From NCBI RefSeq assembly GCF_036321535.1, contig NC_087455.1, positions 7,254,001 through 7,318,000 of the forward strand: a stretch of 64,000 bases of DNA, given 5' to 3'. The translations under genes and the position numbers were made by a program. This document shows, piece after piece, positions 50,594-60,740 of the stretch. This DNA comes from Camelus dromedarius. Lineage: Eukaryota. Position 1 is the stretch's first letter. Every line of letters starts with the position of its first letter. Below the pieces are notes generated by a model. The model ran no database searches. It was not told the DNA's origin and worked only from the letters and a program-made list of their open reading frames with translations.

Positions 50594-51676
50594 ATTGCTT
50601 GGGTTCTCCAGGTACACTTCGAGTCCCAGGAATGAGCTGACCCTCGGCGTCCACACAGTGGCACTCTGAGTTAAAGCACTGGACAGGCAGGAAGTGCCCC
50701 TCGCGGGTACAAGAAGGGACAAACAGGCTGGACCCAGCGGGCTGGCTGCCCAAGAGGCTTTGCATGCGTGCTCTTTGCTTTTCACACTCTGTGGGGCACC
50801 TCGGTCGTCTGCCCCTAACCCTGGAGCTGGCAAGCTCTTGGCCCCGGGAATCCACACACCAGCACTCTCCTGCAAAGCACTGGACATCCTTGTAGCTCCC
50901 TTCTGCAGTGCACGAAGGGACAAAAAGGCTGCCAGGTGTCTGCTCACAGCCCTGGGAGCTGAGTGCCATCTCCATCACGTCACCTAAATCCCTGGCTATG
51001 TCCTCTGGCACAGAAATAGCATGCTGCAAGAAGAGAAGGAATTCTGGAAGCTCCAGGAGGGAAGAAAGGAATTTCAGGGCATTTTGGTTCTCCTGTAAGT
51101 TGACTTCAAAGCCAAAGCTGCCCACAACTGACTTATTTGTAGCAACACCTGTCTTCAGGGTTCCGGGGGCTTCCGTGGCAGGATTGGAATCCAATCCCCC
51201 GGAGAGGGGCTTGGCTGGGTCTGCTATTGCCCGTCCATTCTGGAAGCCTGGGAGACCAAGTTGCTGGAAAAAGTGACTGAAATTAAATGTGCCTCTTGTG
51301 CCCAGGGCTCCAGACAAGTTAAACTGGCCGACATTCTCCAAAAACCTCCCTCCAAAGAGATTTTGCTGGAGTCGCTTTGGGTTGGTGGTAAACTGAAGGG
51401 CGAGACGGGCCAGCTCTCGGGAGGGAAGAATTGCCGGGAGAGCCTCTTTGAGGAGACCTTCTGGGGCACCAGACTGTTTCCCCTGCCCTGGTAGCAGGGG
51501 CTGGAGAATCCCAGAATCCACAAAGAGCTCCTTGAGGGAGGGTGGGCAGGATGTGGCCAGTCTGGTGACGCCCTGAGAGACCAAGAACAAGTCGTGCTGG
51601 CTGAAGTAGCCCGCGGGCCCAAAGCGCAGTCTGGACAGGGCCCGCCGCCGCTCCGAGGGACAGGACTGGTCCTCAG
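50594..51676 (-). CDS. TG: TG exon 9 (1083 nt) AEDQSCPSERRR...PGEPKQ
   Basis: cctgcag|CTGAGGAC...AAGCAAT|gtaagt; ORF 50520..51743; 18 nt shorter than the human 1101-nt exon. Confidence 0.98.
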
Positions 51677-52020
51677 CTGCAGGAGACCAAGCAAACAGAG
51701 AAACGGTTTTACCATCACAGGTCATTCTGACACAAGCCCTCACTCAGACCTGCCTGGCGATGAGATGAAAGCGTTGAGCCAAGGACTGAATTTGAACCTC
51801 TTTCCCCTCTGTGTCTTTCTGTGCTTCCCCTTCCCTCTGAGCAGAGTCCACTCAGGGCCGTGAGTACTCCTAGCTTCTACTAGAGGGGCGCCCCTTCTCA
51901 GGCAAGGCTCAGAGACACCAGCCCACTTTTTGAAAACCTGACCACACACATTCTCCAAATGTACTCATTTGAGTAATGTCTTCCTGCCTGGCGCCCTGCC
52001 TCTCCCGGTATTCCTGTCCA

Positions 52021-52155
52021 NNNNNNNNNNNNNNNNNNNNNNNNNNNNNNNNNNNNNNNNNNNNNNNNNNNNNNNNNNNNNNNNNNNNNNNNNNNNNNNN
52101 NNNNNNNNNNNNNNNNNNNNNNNNNNNNNNNNNNNNNNNNNNNNNNNNNNNNNNN
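52021..52155. other. Assembly gap (135 N)
   Basis: Run of n characters. Confidence 1.
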
Positions 52156-52430
52156 TGGAGGAGACACACAGGGAAGAAACATATGTGAAGGCGGAGGCAG
52201 AGCCTGGAGCGAAGCAGCTGTGAGCCCAGGAATGCCAGAGATGGCCAGCAAACACCAGAAGCTAGGAAGGGGCAGGGAAGGACTCTGCCTGGAGCCTTCA
52301 GAGGGAGCACAGCCCTGCTGACACCTCAGCTTCAGACTCCTGGCCTCCAGAACCATGAGAGAACACGTTTCCGTTGTTTTAAGCTCCCCCGGTTTGTGGT
52401 CATTTGCTATGGCAGCCCCAGGAACTGCTG
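52156..52430 (+). mobile_element. MLT1B/C-type LTR, 3' half (5' part probably in the gap)
   Basis: ccaggaatgccag...caccagaagctagga...ccttcagagggagcacagccctgctgacacc...cctccagaaccatgagag...atggcagccccaggaac. Confidence 0.85.
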
Positions 52431-52524
52431 TGCAACAAATTCCTATTTGCCTTTAATGAAATGCTTTTGCTGGAATTCTGTCTGAATATCCCAAGTTGAC
52501 TGTCATCACATTAAGAAAAAAGAT

Positions 52525-52671
52525 CTTGTTTGTTTTTGTTGGTGGGAGAGGGTGAGGAGGTAATTAGGTTTATTTATTTAGTTTATTATTGTTTTGTTTT
52601 GTTTTTTAATGGCAGTACTGGGGACTCATGCATGCTAAGCATGCACTCTACCACTGAGCTATACCTTCCCC
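52525..52671 (-). mobile_element. Camelid tRNA-derived SINE with B-box segment deleted
   Basis: Minus strand: ggggaaggtatagctcagtggtagagtgcatgcttagcatgcatgag[~13 nt missing]tccccagtactgcc, then tail aaataaacctaattacctcc. Confidence 0.85.
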
Positions 52672-52691
52672 ACAATTAATAATTTCAAGGA

Positions 52692-52810
52692 AAGGACCTG
52701 GGTTCAATCCCCAGTACCTCCATTTATAAATAAATAAATAAGTTTATTTTTAAAAACCCTAATTCCCTTCCTCCCACCCACCCCCTAAAAAGTTTAAGAA
52801 AACAAACTAA
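52692..52810 (+). mobile_element. Camelid tRNA-derived SINE, 5'-truncated at the B box
   Basis: aggacctgggttcaatccccagtacctccatttataaataaataaataa...cctaattcccttcctccc. Confidence 0.85.
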
Positions 52811-53916
52811 TTTAAAAACACAGTGATCAGCTCAGTCAACTCCAGGCATGGTCTGGTCATTCTATCTGAATATCCCAAGCTGATTGTCACCACTTTAAGA
52901 AAAAAGATTTTAAATTTAAATTCTGATTGTCTCAGTCAAATAGGTAGAAGGAAGGCAGCTCCATTTTTCTCCATAAAACCATAAATCGCAGAAGTCCTTT
53001 TCAACCCACCCACTTCCAACTTTTCAAAATAATTCTTTCCCCTCAGTTCACACAAATTTCAAAAAGGAAGTCAGCCAGTTTCCTTCTGTAACCAGGCAAC
53101 AGGGAAAGAGCTGGAACATGCAGTCAGAGAGAGAGAGAGAGAAAGAGGAAGACTGGCAACATCCGAACATATAACACATTCCTCCACGCGGCCACAGCCT
53201 CTACTGAGTGTTACGGGAAAGGATGGAGGAAGTCAAGTTCAGTGCCCTGCTTACTCTCTTTCCAAATTAAGAGTGTATCATGTCCATTCATTTGTTATGT
53301 AGTGTTACCAAGGCAAAAAAAAAAAAAAAAAAATCCAGACACTGGTCCCTGTGGCATTGTTTCCATGGAAATAAGATGATGCACCAGAGAGAAAAAGTAA
53401 AACAATGACCTATGCACTTGGAAGCACTCTTGGTTTTAACGGGGAAGACCACAGTTCTTCATTTGCACCTGGAAATTGGAAGGCACAGTATCCTCCAGGT
53501 TTTAATAGAACTAAAATATAATTGTTAATACTACCTGAGCTTCGAAATTTTCTTTTTCTACATCCTTACACTTAGCAGGTAGAATGTTACCAAATACTGA
53601 GCAGAGTACTCAAAATGTTAAGTTGCAGAAATCAAATAATTTCCCAGGAATTACTGAAAGAACTGTAATTAACAGTAATATCTATTTTGAGGCTCTAAGA
53701 AAAGATTGTACTCCTTCCCGATTTCAAACCTTGCTGAATCCCCCCAGCTTCCCTGAGGTGGAAGCCTGCTGGTGCCCCAGGATCCTCCCTCTCCGTTGCC
53801 AGCACCCTCCGAGTCTTACTGGGAGATGGGATGGAGTCTTACTGGGATGCCTAAGGACGTGTCTCAAGTCCACACGCTTCTGCACAGCCCACGGTTCCTA
53901 CCTCAGTATCGGTTCC

Positions 53917-54342
53917 CATACTGGGTTGAATAATGTCTCCCCAGAATTCACATCCTTCCTAGAACCTCAGGATGTAATCCTATTTGGAACTAGGATCCTC
54001 GGAACTGTAATCAGTTAAGACGAGGTCATTCTAGAGTGGGCTTTTAATCCTGGTGTCATTATAAGCCAGGCGGAAGGGACAGAGGAAGACAGCCATGTGA
54101 CGACAGAGGCAGAGTTCGGAGTTCTGCTGCCATAAGCCAAGGAACTCTGGCAATCGCTGTGACAACACAAGCTAGGAAGAGGCCAGGAAGGGTTCTCCCC
54201 TGATGCTTCCAGAGGGAGTGTGGCCCTGCTGACACCTGATTTTAGACTTCTAGCCTTTAGAACTATGGGAGAATATACTTCTGCTGTTGGAAGCCTGTTG
54301 GGTTAGGATCACTCGTTACAGCTGCCCCAGGAAGACGAAATA
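53917..54342 (+). mobile_element. MLT1C-type MaLR solo LTR
   Basis: gggttgaataatgtctccccagaattca...cctcaggatgtaatcctatttgga...gccaaggaac...gagggagtgtggccctgctgacacc...gttacagctgccccagga. Confidence 0.88.
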
Positions 54343-54674
54343 CTCCCCTCATCTCTCGTCAGGACGCTGCAGTGGCCTTCAGGTGCCCCACGGCCTGCAG
54401 CCTGATCCTCCTGTTCGGTCTCCCCTCCAAAATACCTGGGCTGTCTTCCCTACGCACAACTCCCGTCATGAACACAGCAGCCATCATGGCACTCTTCAGC
54501 TGAAAACCCCTCAACAGCCTCACCTGACCTCCAGAACGAAGCCCCCAAGCCTCTGCTTTGATGTGAAACACCTCATCCCCCCTACCTTTCAGAGCGCCCA
54601 TCACATCATGCTCCCACAAGGCTTTTCTCTGTCCTTCTCAGAGTCGGTGTTCATGAGCACACCAGTGCCTGTTA

Positions 54675-55146
54675 CAGATCTTCCTCAAGTCTGATGGGGT
54701 GACATCCTGATAAACCCAGCATGAGCTGAAAATATCATTAAGTTCAAAATGCGTTTAACACACTTCACCTACCCAGCATCTTAGCTGAGCCTCACCTACC
54801 TCAGACATGCTCAGAACACCTACCTTAGCCTACGGCTGGGCAAAATCACCCAACACATTTTACAATCAAGTGCTGAGTATCTCATGTAATTGAATGAATA
54901 TGGTACTGAAAGCAGACAACAGAATGACTGTCGGGTACAGAACGGTTGTAAGCATACGGGTTAGAGTCGTGTGGCTGACTGGGGACTACAGCTGCCCAGC
55001 ATCATGAGAGAGTATTGTATCGCATATCATCAGGCCAGGGAAAGATCAAAATTCAAAGTACTGTTTCTACGGAATGCATATCGTTTTTGCATCATCGCAA
55101 AGTTGAGAAATTGTAACGCAAACTATCATAAGTTGCGAACCATCTG
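54675..55146 (+). mobile_element. Tigger3-family (TcMar) non-autonomous element with TA TSD
   Basis: TA|cagatcttcctcaagt...gatggggtgacatcctgataaaccc...ataagttgcgaaccatctg|TA. Confidence 0.9.
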
Positions 55147-55597
55147 TACTTATACCCTTATAATTTTGCTTCTCTAGCTCTATCCATAGAGAACACCTCT
55201 CTTTCCTCCTGCAGGAAACAGCTTTATTTAGAAGACTTGCATCAAGTGTCACCTCTTCCACGAAGCCTTCCTGGATGTCTCCTCCTCATACATGCTGCAG
55301 GAGAGAACTGACCCCACACCACGCTGTCCTCCTCTAGTCACCACTACGCACGTCTCTCGTAGTACACGTACGCTTAATTCTCTTTTCTTCTAATGCTCTC
55401 TGAGCTCCCTGAGGAAGCAACCATGTCAGACTCCAGATGAGAAACATGTCAGAGATTAATGATGATAAACAGGTTTCCAACGTGTTGAACTTGAAGGGCC
55501 TGCGGGGCACCCTCAGGAGGCATGGAATTAATGGGTCTGGAGTGATTGGTCTAGAGAACCGGTTAAAGTCACATAACCCGAGGAGAGGAAAACCCAC

Positions 55598-55783
55598 CGC
55601 AAGACAGAGGCTGCCCTGGCTGCCGCGTCCCGTGGGCCTCCCGTCCTCGGGCGTCCACGCACCAGCACGACCCTTCCCGCTGACACTGCACCGCCTCGTA
55701 GCCCCCGTCTCGGCGGCAGCTCGGAACGTGGGGGTGACCAAAGCTGGTGGCTGCAAACCGCTCCACTTCACACTTCGTGGGGC
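55598..55783 (-). CDS. TG: TG exon 8 (186 nt) CPTKCEVERFAATSFGHPHVPSC...GQPLSC
   Basis: cttgtag|GCCCCACG...TCTTGCG|gtgggt. Confidence 0.98.
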
Positions 55784-55980
55784 CTACAAGAGAGCCAGGC
55801 GGGAAAGGAGGAGACGGTTGGTGCGTTTGCAGCCTGCGCTCTGGATGCTGGCAGGACTTCGTAAATCCCTGCACCACACCCCCTTCGGTGGGACAGCCAT
55901 GGAAACCGCAGCGACTTCAAAACCCAAGGAGCTTCCTCCCAGCAGAAACACGCACTTCTGCTCTCGGCTTATTAACTCAC

Positions 55981-56124
55981 ATCGGAATCTGCCGGAGATG
56001 ACTAGTTGAACTGCTAGGAACCGTCTCTGCAATATCCGGTACAGGGTGGTCTCGGTGAAGGTGGAAGCGAGGTCCAGGCCAGCGAAAATGGTGTCATAAA
56101 TTTCATCGAGTAACAGCTCCAGAC
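55981..56124 (-). CDS. TG: TG exon 7 (144 nt) GLELLLDEIYDTIFAGLDLASTFTETTLYRILQRRFLAVQLVISGRFR
   Basis: tgctcag|GTCTGGAG...TTCCGAT|gtgagt. Confidence 0.98.
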
Positions 56125-56466
56125 CTGAGCAAAGACAGCGAGCTTTGGGAGGGATGGGTTCATCCAGAAAGGAAGCCCTGACCTCTCCCTGCAAACAGAC
56201 ATAAGAGGCCAGAACCTTCACCCTCACTGTGCCTGGGATCTGAATAAGACTTTAATGATTTCCAAAGTCAGAGCAGCTCTGTACAGTTGTGCAGGTTGTT
56301 CACAGCACAAGGAAGCACTGCTTAGAGAGCAAGGAGAGACTGAAATCCATCCTGTGTTCCACTCGCCAAGCTTGGAGCTGCATCTGCCCAGAGACGGGTG
56401 CCTCTTCCCAGTCTGCATAGAGGCACCATGTGGACCAGCAGCAGCTGCATTCAAAGTACCACCCTT

Positions 56467-56610
56467 CTTATATCTGGAGGGAATGCTAATTCAAAAAGAT
56501 ACATGCACCCCAATGTTCACAGGAACACTATTTACAATGGCCAAGACTTGGAAACAACCTAAGTGGTTATCAACAGGTGACTAGAATAAAGAAGTTGTGG
56601 TGTGTATGTG

Positions 56611-56645
<35 letters not shown>

Positions 56646-57165
56646 ATATACATACACACACACGTATGTATGTGTGTGTGTACAATGGAATCTTACTCCA
56701 CCATAAAAAAGAATAAAGTAATGCCCTTTGCAGCAACATGGATGGACATGGAGATCATCATTCTAAGTGAAATAAGCCAGAAAGAGAAAGAAAAATACCA
56801 TATGATAGCACTTATATGTGGAATCTAAACACACACACACACACAAATGAACTTATTGACAGAACAGAAACAGACTCACAGACATAGAAAACAAACTATG
56901 GTTACCAGGGGTGGGAAGGGATGAACTGGGAATTTGAGATTTGCAGATACTAACTACTATATATAAAATAGATAAACAACAAGTTTACACTGCATAGCAC
57001 AGGGAACTACATGTAATGCCTTGTAGTAACCTATAATGAAAAAGAATACGAAAAGGAATATATATGTATGTCATGACTGAAACATTATACCGCACACAGA
57101 AATTGATGCAACGTTGTAAACTGACTATACTTCAATTAAAAAAAAATCATTCTGAAGAGAAAAAA
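56467..57165 (+). mobile_element. 5'-truncated L1 (ORF2 tip plus 3'UTR) with 14-bp TSD
   Basis: aaaagatacatgcaccccaatgttcac...gcagcaacatggatggac...ttcaattaaaaaaaaa; TSD aaagtaccaccctt at 56453-56466 and 57166-57179. Confidence 0.93.
56601..56682. repeat. Alternating purine-pyrimidine (TG)/(TA)11/(CA) tract inside L1
   Basis: Read directly. Confidence 0.93.
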
Positions 57166-57334
57166 AAAGTACCACCCTTGAAAGTTTGCAAAGGCCACGC
57201 CCTCTTCACTACCCAAGCAGCCTGGCAGGGGAGCAGACAGCCTCAGGTTTCTCTGCTTTACAGGGAGTAACACTCAGGCTCTCGGGTCTGGGGGATGCCA
57301 CCCCCTCCGCTCAGACTGCCGGAGGTGCGCTCAC

Positions 57335-57441
57335 CTGTCTCCGCCAGCTCCCGCCCTTGGCTGTCCGCGCAGTGACAGTACCCAGACACCTCCGGGAACC
57401 TGCTCCGGAAGGAACTGAAGGTCACGAATGCGTCTGGGAAC
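57335..57441 (-). CDS. TG: TG exon 6 (107 nt) RFPDAFVTFSSFRSRFPEVSGYCHCADSQGRELAET; donor Tyr equivalent to Y234 retained
   Basis: ctctcag|GTTCCCAG...GAGACAG|gtgagc. Confidence 0.98.
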
Positions 57442-58269
57442 CTGAGAGACAATGGGATTTATGGTCACCATTTCATACAAGGCCAGCCATCGTGCACTCT
57501 GCCTGTAGAAATAGATTAATGTGGCTTTGTGTCATCAAGGGGATGAGGAATGTCTGCTTTTTTCATCTCATGCCATTTGCTCCATGCCTCCTGCAGTAAA
57601 TGTATTTCTTTTTTCTAAATTGATTTGAGCTGGCAAGAGCGAGGCTGGACCTGTGAAAATAAAGCTGTGCTTGGCTGTCACCTACTAATTAGCATTTTTC
57701 TCGCTCGTGGCATTTGATCAAATTATGCCCAACCCTGTGTCTCACAGGATTAGGCAGAAAACAGTTAATGAAATTGCATTAACGAGTTCCTTTACTAGAA
57801 TGTAACTCTAGGGACTAAAGGCCAAACGTGATTTACAAACATATGGTACGTTGTCGATGATCTCATGTGGGGAGATCACACGCTTCAGAACCCTTTACAT
57901 CTCATCAAGAGCTTGAAAAGAAGCCAGATTCCATCACAGGAAATTCCTAATGTAGGACATTTCCCAGTTCTAGCATTGAAAAAAACCACCAAATCAAATG
58001 GCATCACTCACGAGGGTTATACATCACTTTCCGTATGTTGAGGAAAAGGATGCCTAAGTCATGCCTGACCTGGCAAGTGCCATACAGAGCTAAGTGGCTG
58101 GGCTCCCCAGCCTGGAAGTAATATGAAGCTCGAGTGATATAAAGCTGTGTTCAGGAGTTCTTCCCCCGTGCAATGACAGAGCAACCAGAGACGCATTTTT
58201 CATCTTTATGCAACACAGAGAGATTCGTTTTCATGCCCTGTATAGCAAGTCTATGAAACCAAGCATGAT

Positions 58270-58705
58270 GTGTTTTCTACCTACGTCTAGAAATATATCC
58301 CCAACCTATAAGTTAGCAGAAACAGCAGCTCTCTGCACAGACAGGTCTATTGCTGTGTAATCTATTCTAGAAAAAATAATGAAAGCAACCTTAACATCCA
58401 AAGACAGGACAATTAGGAAATGAATTATAGCAAACTCCCTAATGCACGCATAACACTGTGTAAAGAGGGAGAACACAAAACAGCATGTACGCCCACTGCA
58501 GTTACTCCCATGCGCATGAACCAGTGTTGGAAGGGAATGTATCGTGCGGGAACTGCTCAGAGTCTGAACACAGGCTGCTCAAGTTTTGGTTACTTTGAAT
58601 GGAAATGAATACACGAAACAAAACCTGTGGATGCACTGTAGAATTATGGATTTTTTCCATGTTGCTGGTCTGTTGCTGTGAGTATGTGAGTGAAATTAAA
58701 AAGAA
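58270..58705 (+). mobile_element. Old L1 (L1MC/ME-type) 3' fragment
   Basis: aatgaaagcaaccttaacatccaaagacaggacaattaggaaatgaattatagc resembles a degenerate L1 ORF2 end/3'UTR. Confidence 0.5.
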
Positions 58706-60289
58706 TGCTATAGTGAGGGAGTTGCACAGTAGAAACTGAAAACTCACTTGGCCCAGTTACCACTGGTTGGAGGTGTGTAACAGAAGTTCCTTCACTGGAA
58801 CCGGGGATAATTCAACTCTAAAAGTGCTAATAATAGTACAAAAATCACTTCTTCTTATTGAACTCCACTTTGTAAAAGACAGTCTGCAAAATATGTAACA
58901 TACATTGACTCACTCAATCCACTTAACCCTCCTAAAAGGGAGGTGGTATTTTTTCATGCCCAGTTCAGAGGTTAAAAGAGGGAGGGATGTTGGCCACCAT
59001 CTTGAACTAGCGGTGGGAGCTGGGGTTCCAGTCCGGGCTTTACCCACCACGTGATCTCTGCTGATGGTGCTACTCAGTGTGCTTGGCTGTACCCAGTTCC
59101 TGCCCCATATCCTGAGAGGTGTGTGATTCTGTTTAGACACCCTTCTCTCTATGCCCCACGCCCAGCTTTTCCTTTTTCTAATAGACACTGATGAGTCACA
59201 CGGTGGCCCGGAGTTCTGAAGCCCATTCCAGTATGAGGCCCAGGGAGCTCAGATCACTCTAGTCCCATGTCCAGCCATCTAACCCGAAGGTCCGCCTCAA
59301 CTTTTAACCAGTGGAAAGGATGCTGCCTTTCTCTTGAGTAAAAAGCAAGATCTCAGGATGGTAATAAAAGAGCCCTCCAGTAAGAAAATGATCGTGGAAG
59401 GGGAAATGGTGGCATTTCTGCATTTCTGCTCCGATTGTGGCCAACATAGACGAGAGAAGTCACAAATAAGGCTCTGGGAAATATAAAACGTCAGTCCCTG
59501 CCAGGCAAACGGTCCCCTTCACTTGCAGAGGAGGATTCACGCCTCTGGGCTGAGGTAGCCAACACTCCTTACTCAGAGACATTCTCTGGCTCCTCTCACA
59601 GACAGTGCCTCCAGAAATCTAACCGTCGGTGAATAAATTAGCAATTTATCGGATTCCAATGTTCAAGGCGCCCTCCTTGAAGCCGGGACCTGTGACTAGC
59701 AGAATGCCTGGTGCACACAGACCGCTACAGAGCCCTCCTGTGAGGGTAACGGAGGTTAGTCCACGAGAGTTTCTCCACGCAGTCACTAGTAAGTTCAGGT
59801 GATGAGGCCCCCTTCACATGTGAAGGTGCATCTGCCCTTCTCACTGGGTTATCTGAATAGCATGAGGTGCCAAGGCCCTTAAAGAGGTCTGAGTGAGCTC
59901 AGCCACTAAGGACAAGAACTGATAAAGAAACCAATGGACAGAATTTTAAGTCAGATCGCTAAGGCCCTGGTAATGACTTCAGCTCTTAAGACCTTTACCT
60001 ACAATCTGCTCAGCCAGAATATGGTACCCTAATTAGCAGTTAGGCAAGAGCCTATGAAAGGTGAGGAAGAGCCAGAAAATCCAACAAAGCTCACTCCCCA
60101 TCAGGACATGTTTTTTTTTAAGTCACTGGCCAAATAGGTGTAGTTAGCAGTGGCCTTTTCAGGAGGCAAAAGGACCTCTTCAATGAGCAAACGCTATGGC
60201 CAAGTTCAAGTGTAAATCATCACCCCGCACATGAAGAACCCACAACAGGTTGGCAAACGAGCTGCCCACAGGCTTCCAGCCTCCCTGCA

Positions 60290-60740
60290 GCCCCAAGGAA
60301 GTAGGTCAGTTGCCTTATGCCATGTCTCCACTTGAATTTCCCAAAGAAATCTCCTCAGAGTCAATATTCCAAAAGCAAATTTGTGACTTTTCATTTTCTA
60401 ACTTACCCTCTATCATCCATTCGGAAACCAGACCTTGGAGACATCCTTAACTTTTTCCCTCCCTCACCCTCCACATCTATACTGTCACCAGGTTCTGTGG
60501 ATTCCACCAAGTCAGTATTTCTGCCGTCCCACTCCGCCTCTCCATCACCTGCTCTAGTCCAAGTCAACAGCACCTCTCACCTGGACGGAGGCAGCAGCCT
60601 TCAGACTTGCAGGGTCACCTCCAAGCACCCACTCTGCTCTTCCCCAACCCCAGTCCACTCTTTTTAAAATCCAAGTCTGATGGTTAATAAAATATACCCA
60701 ACCCCCTATTCCAGGCTTAAAATTCTTGATGCAACACTGG
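60290..60740 (+). mobile_element. L2 fragment
   Basis: ccagaccttggagacatccttaac...tcaccaggttctgtggattccacc...ctagtccaagtc...ctctcacctgga. Confidence 0.7.

Noticed and set aside
53811-53847. 14-bp direct repeat gagtcttactggga flanking 9 nt
   Set aside because: It is a small slippage duplication with no inserted element and no functional hint.
55437-56009. 190-aa ORF antisense to exons 7-8
   Set aside because: It is explained by the GC-rich TG coding sequence depleting stops on the opposite strand.
55784-56227. ORF reading through intron 7 (possible intron-retention isoform)
   Set aside because: The frame ends at the TAG of the intron 7 acceptor, so retention would give a premature stop. There is no evidence it is used.
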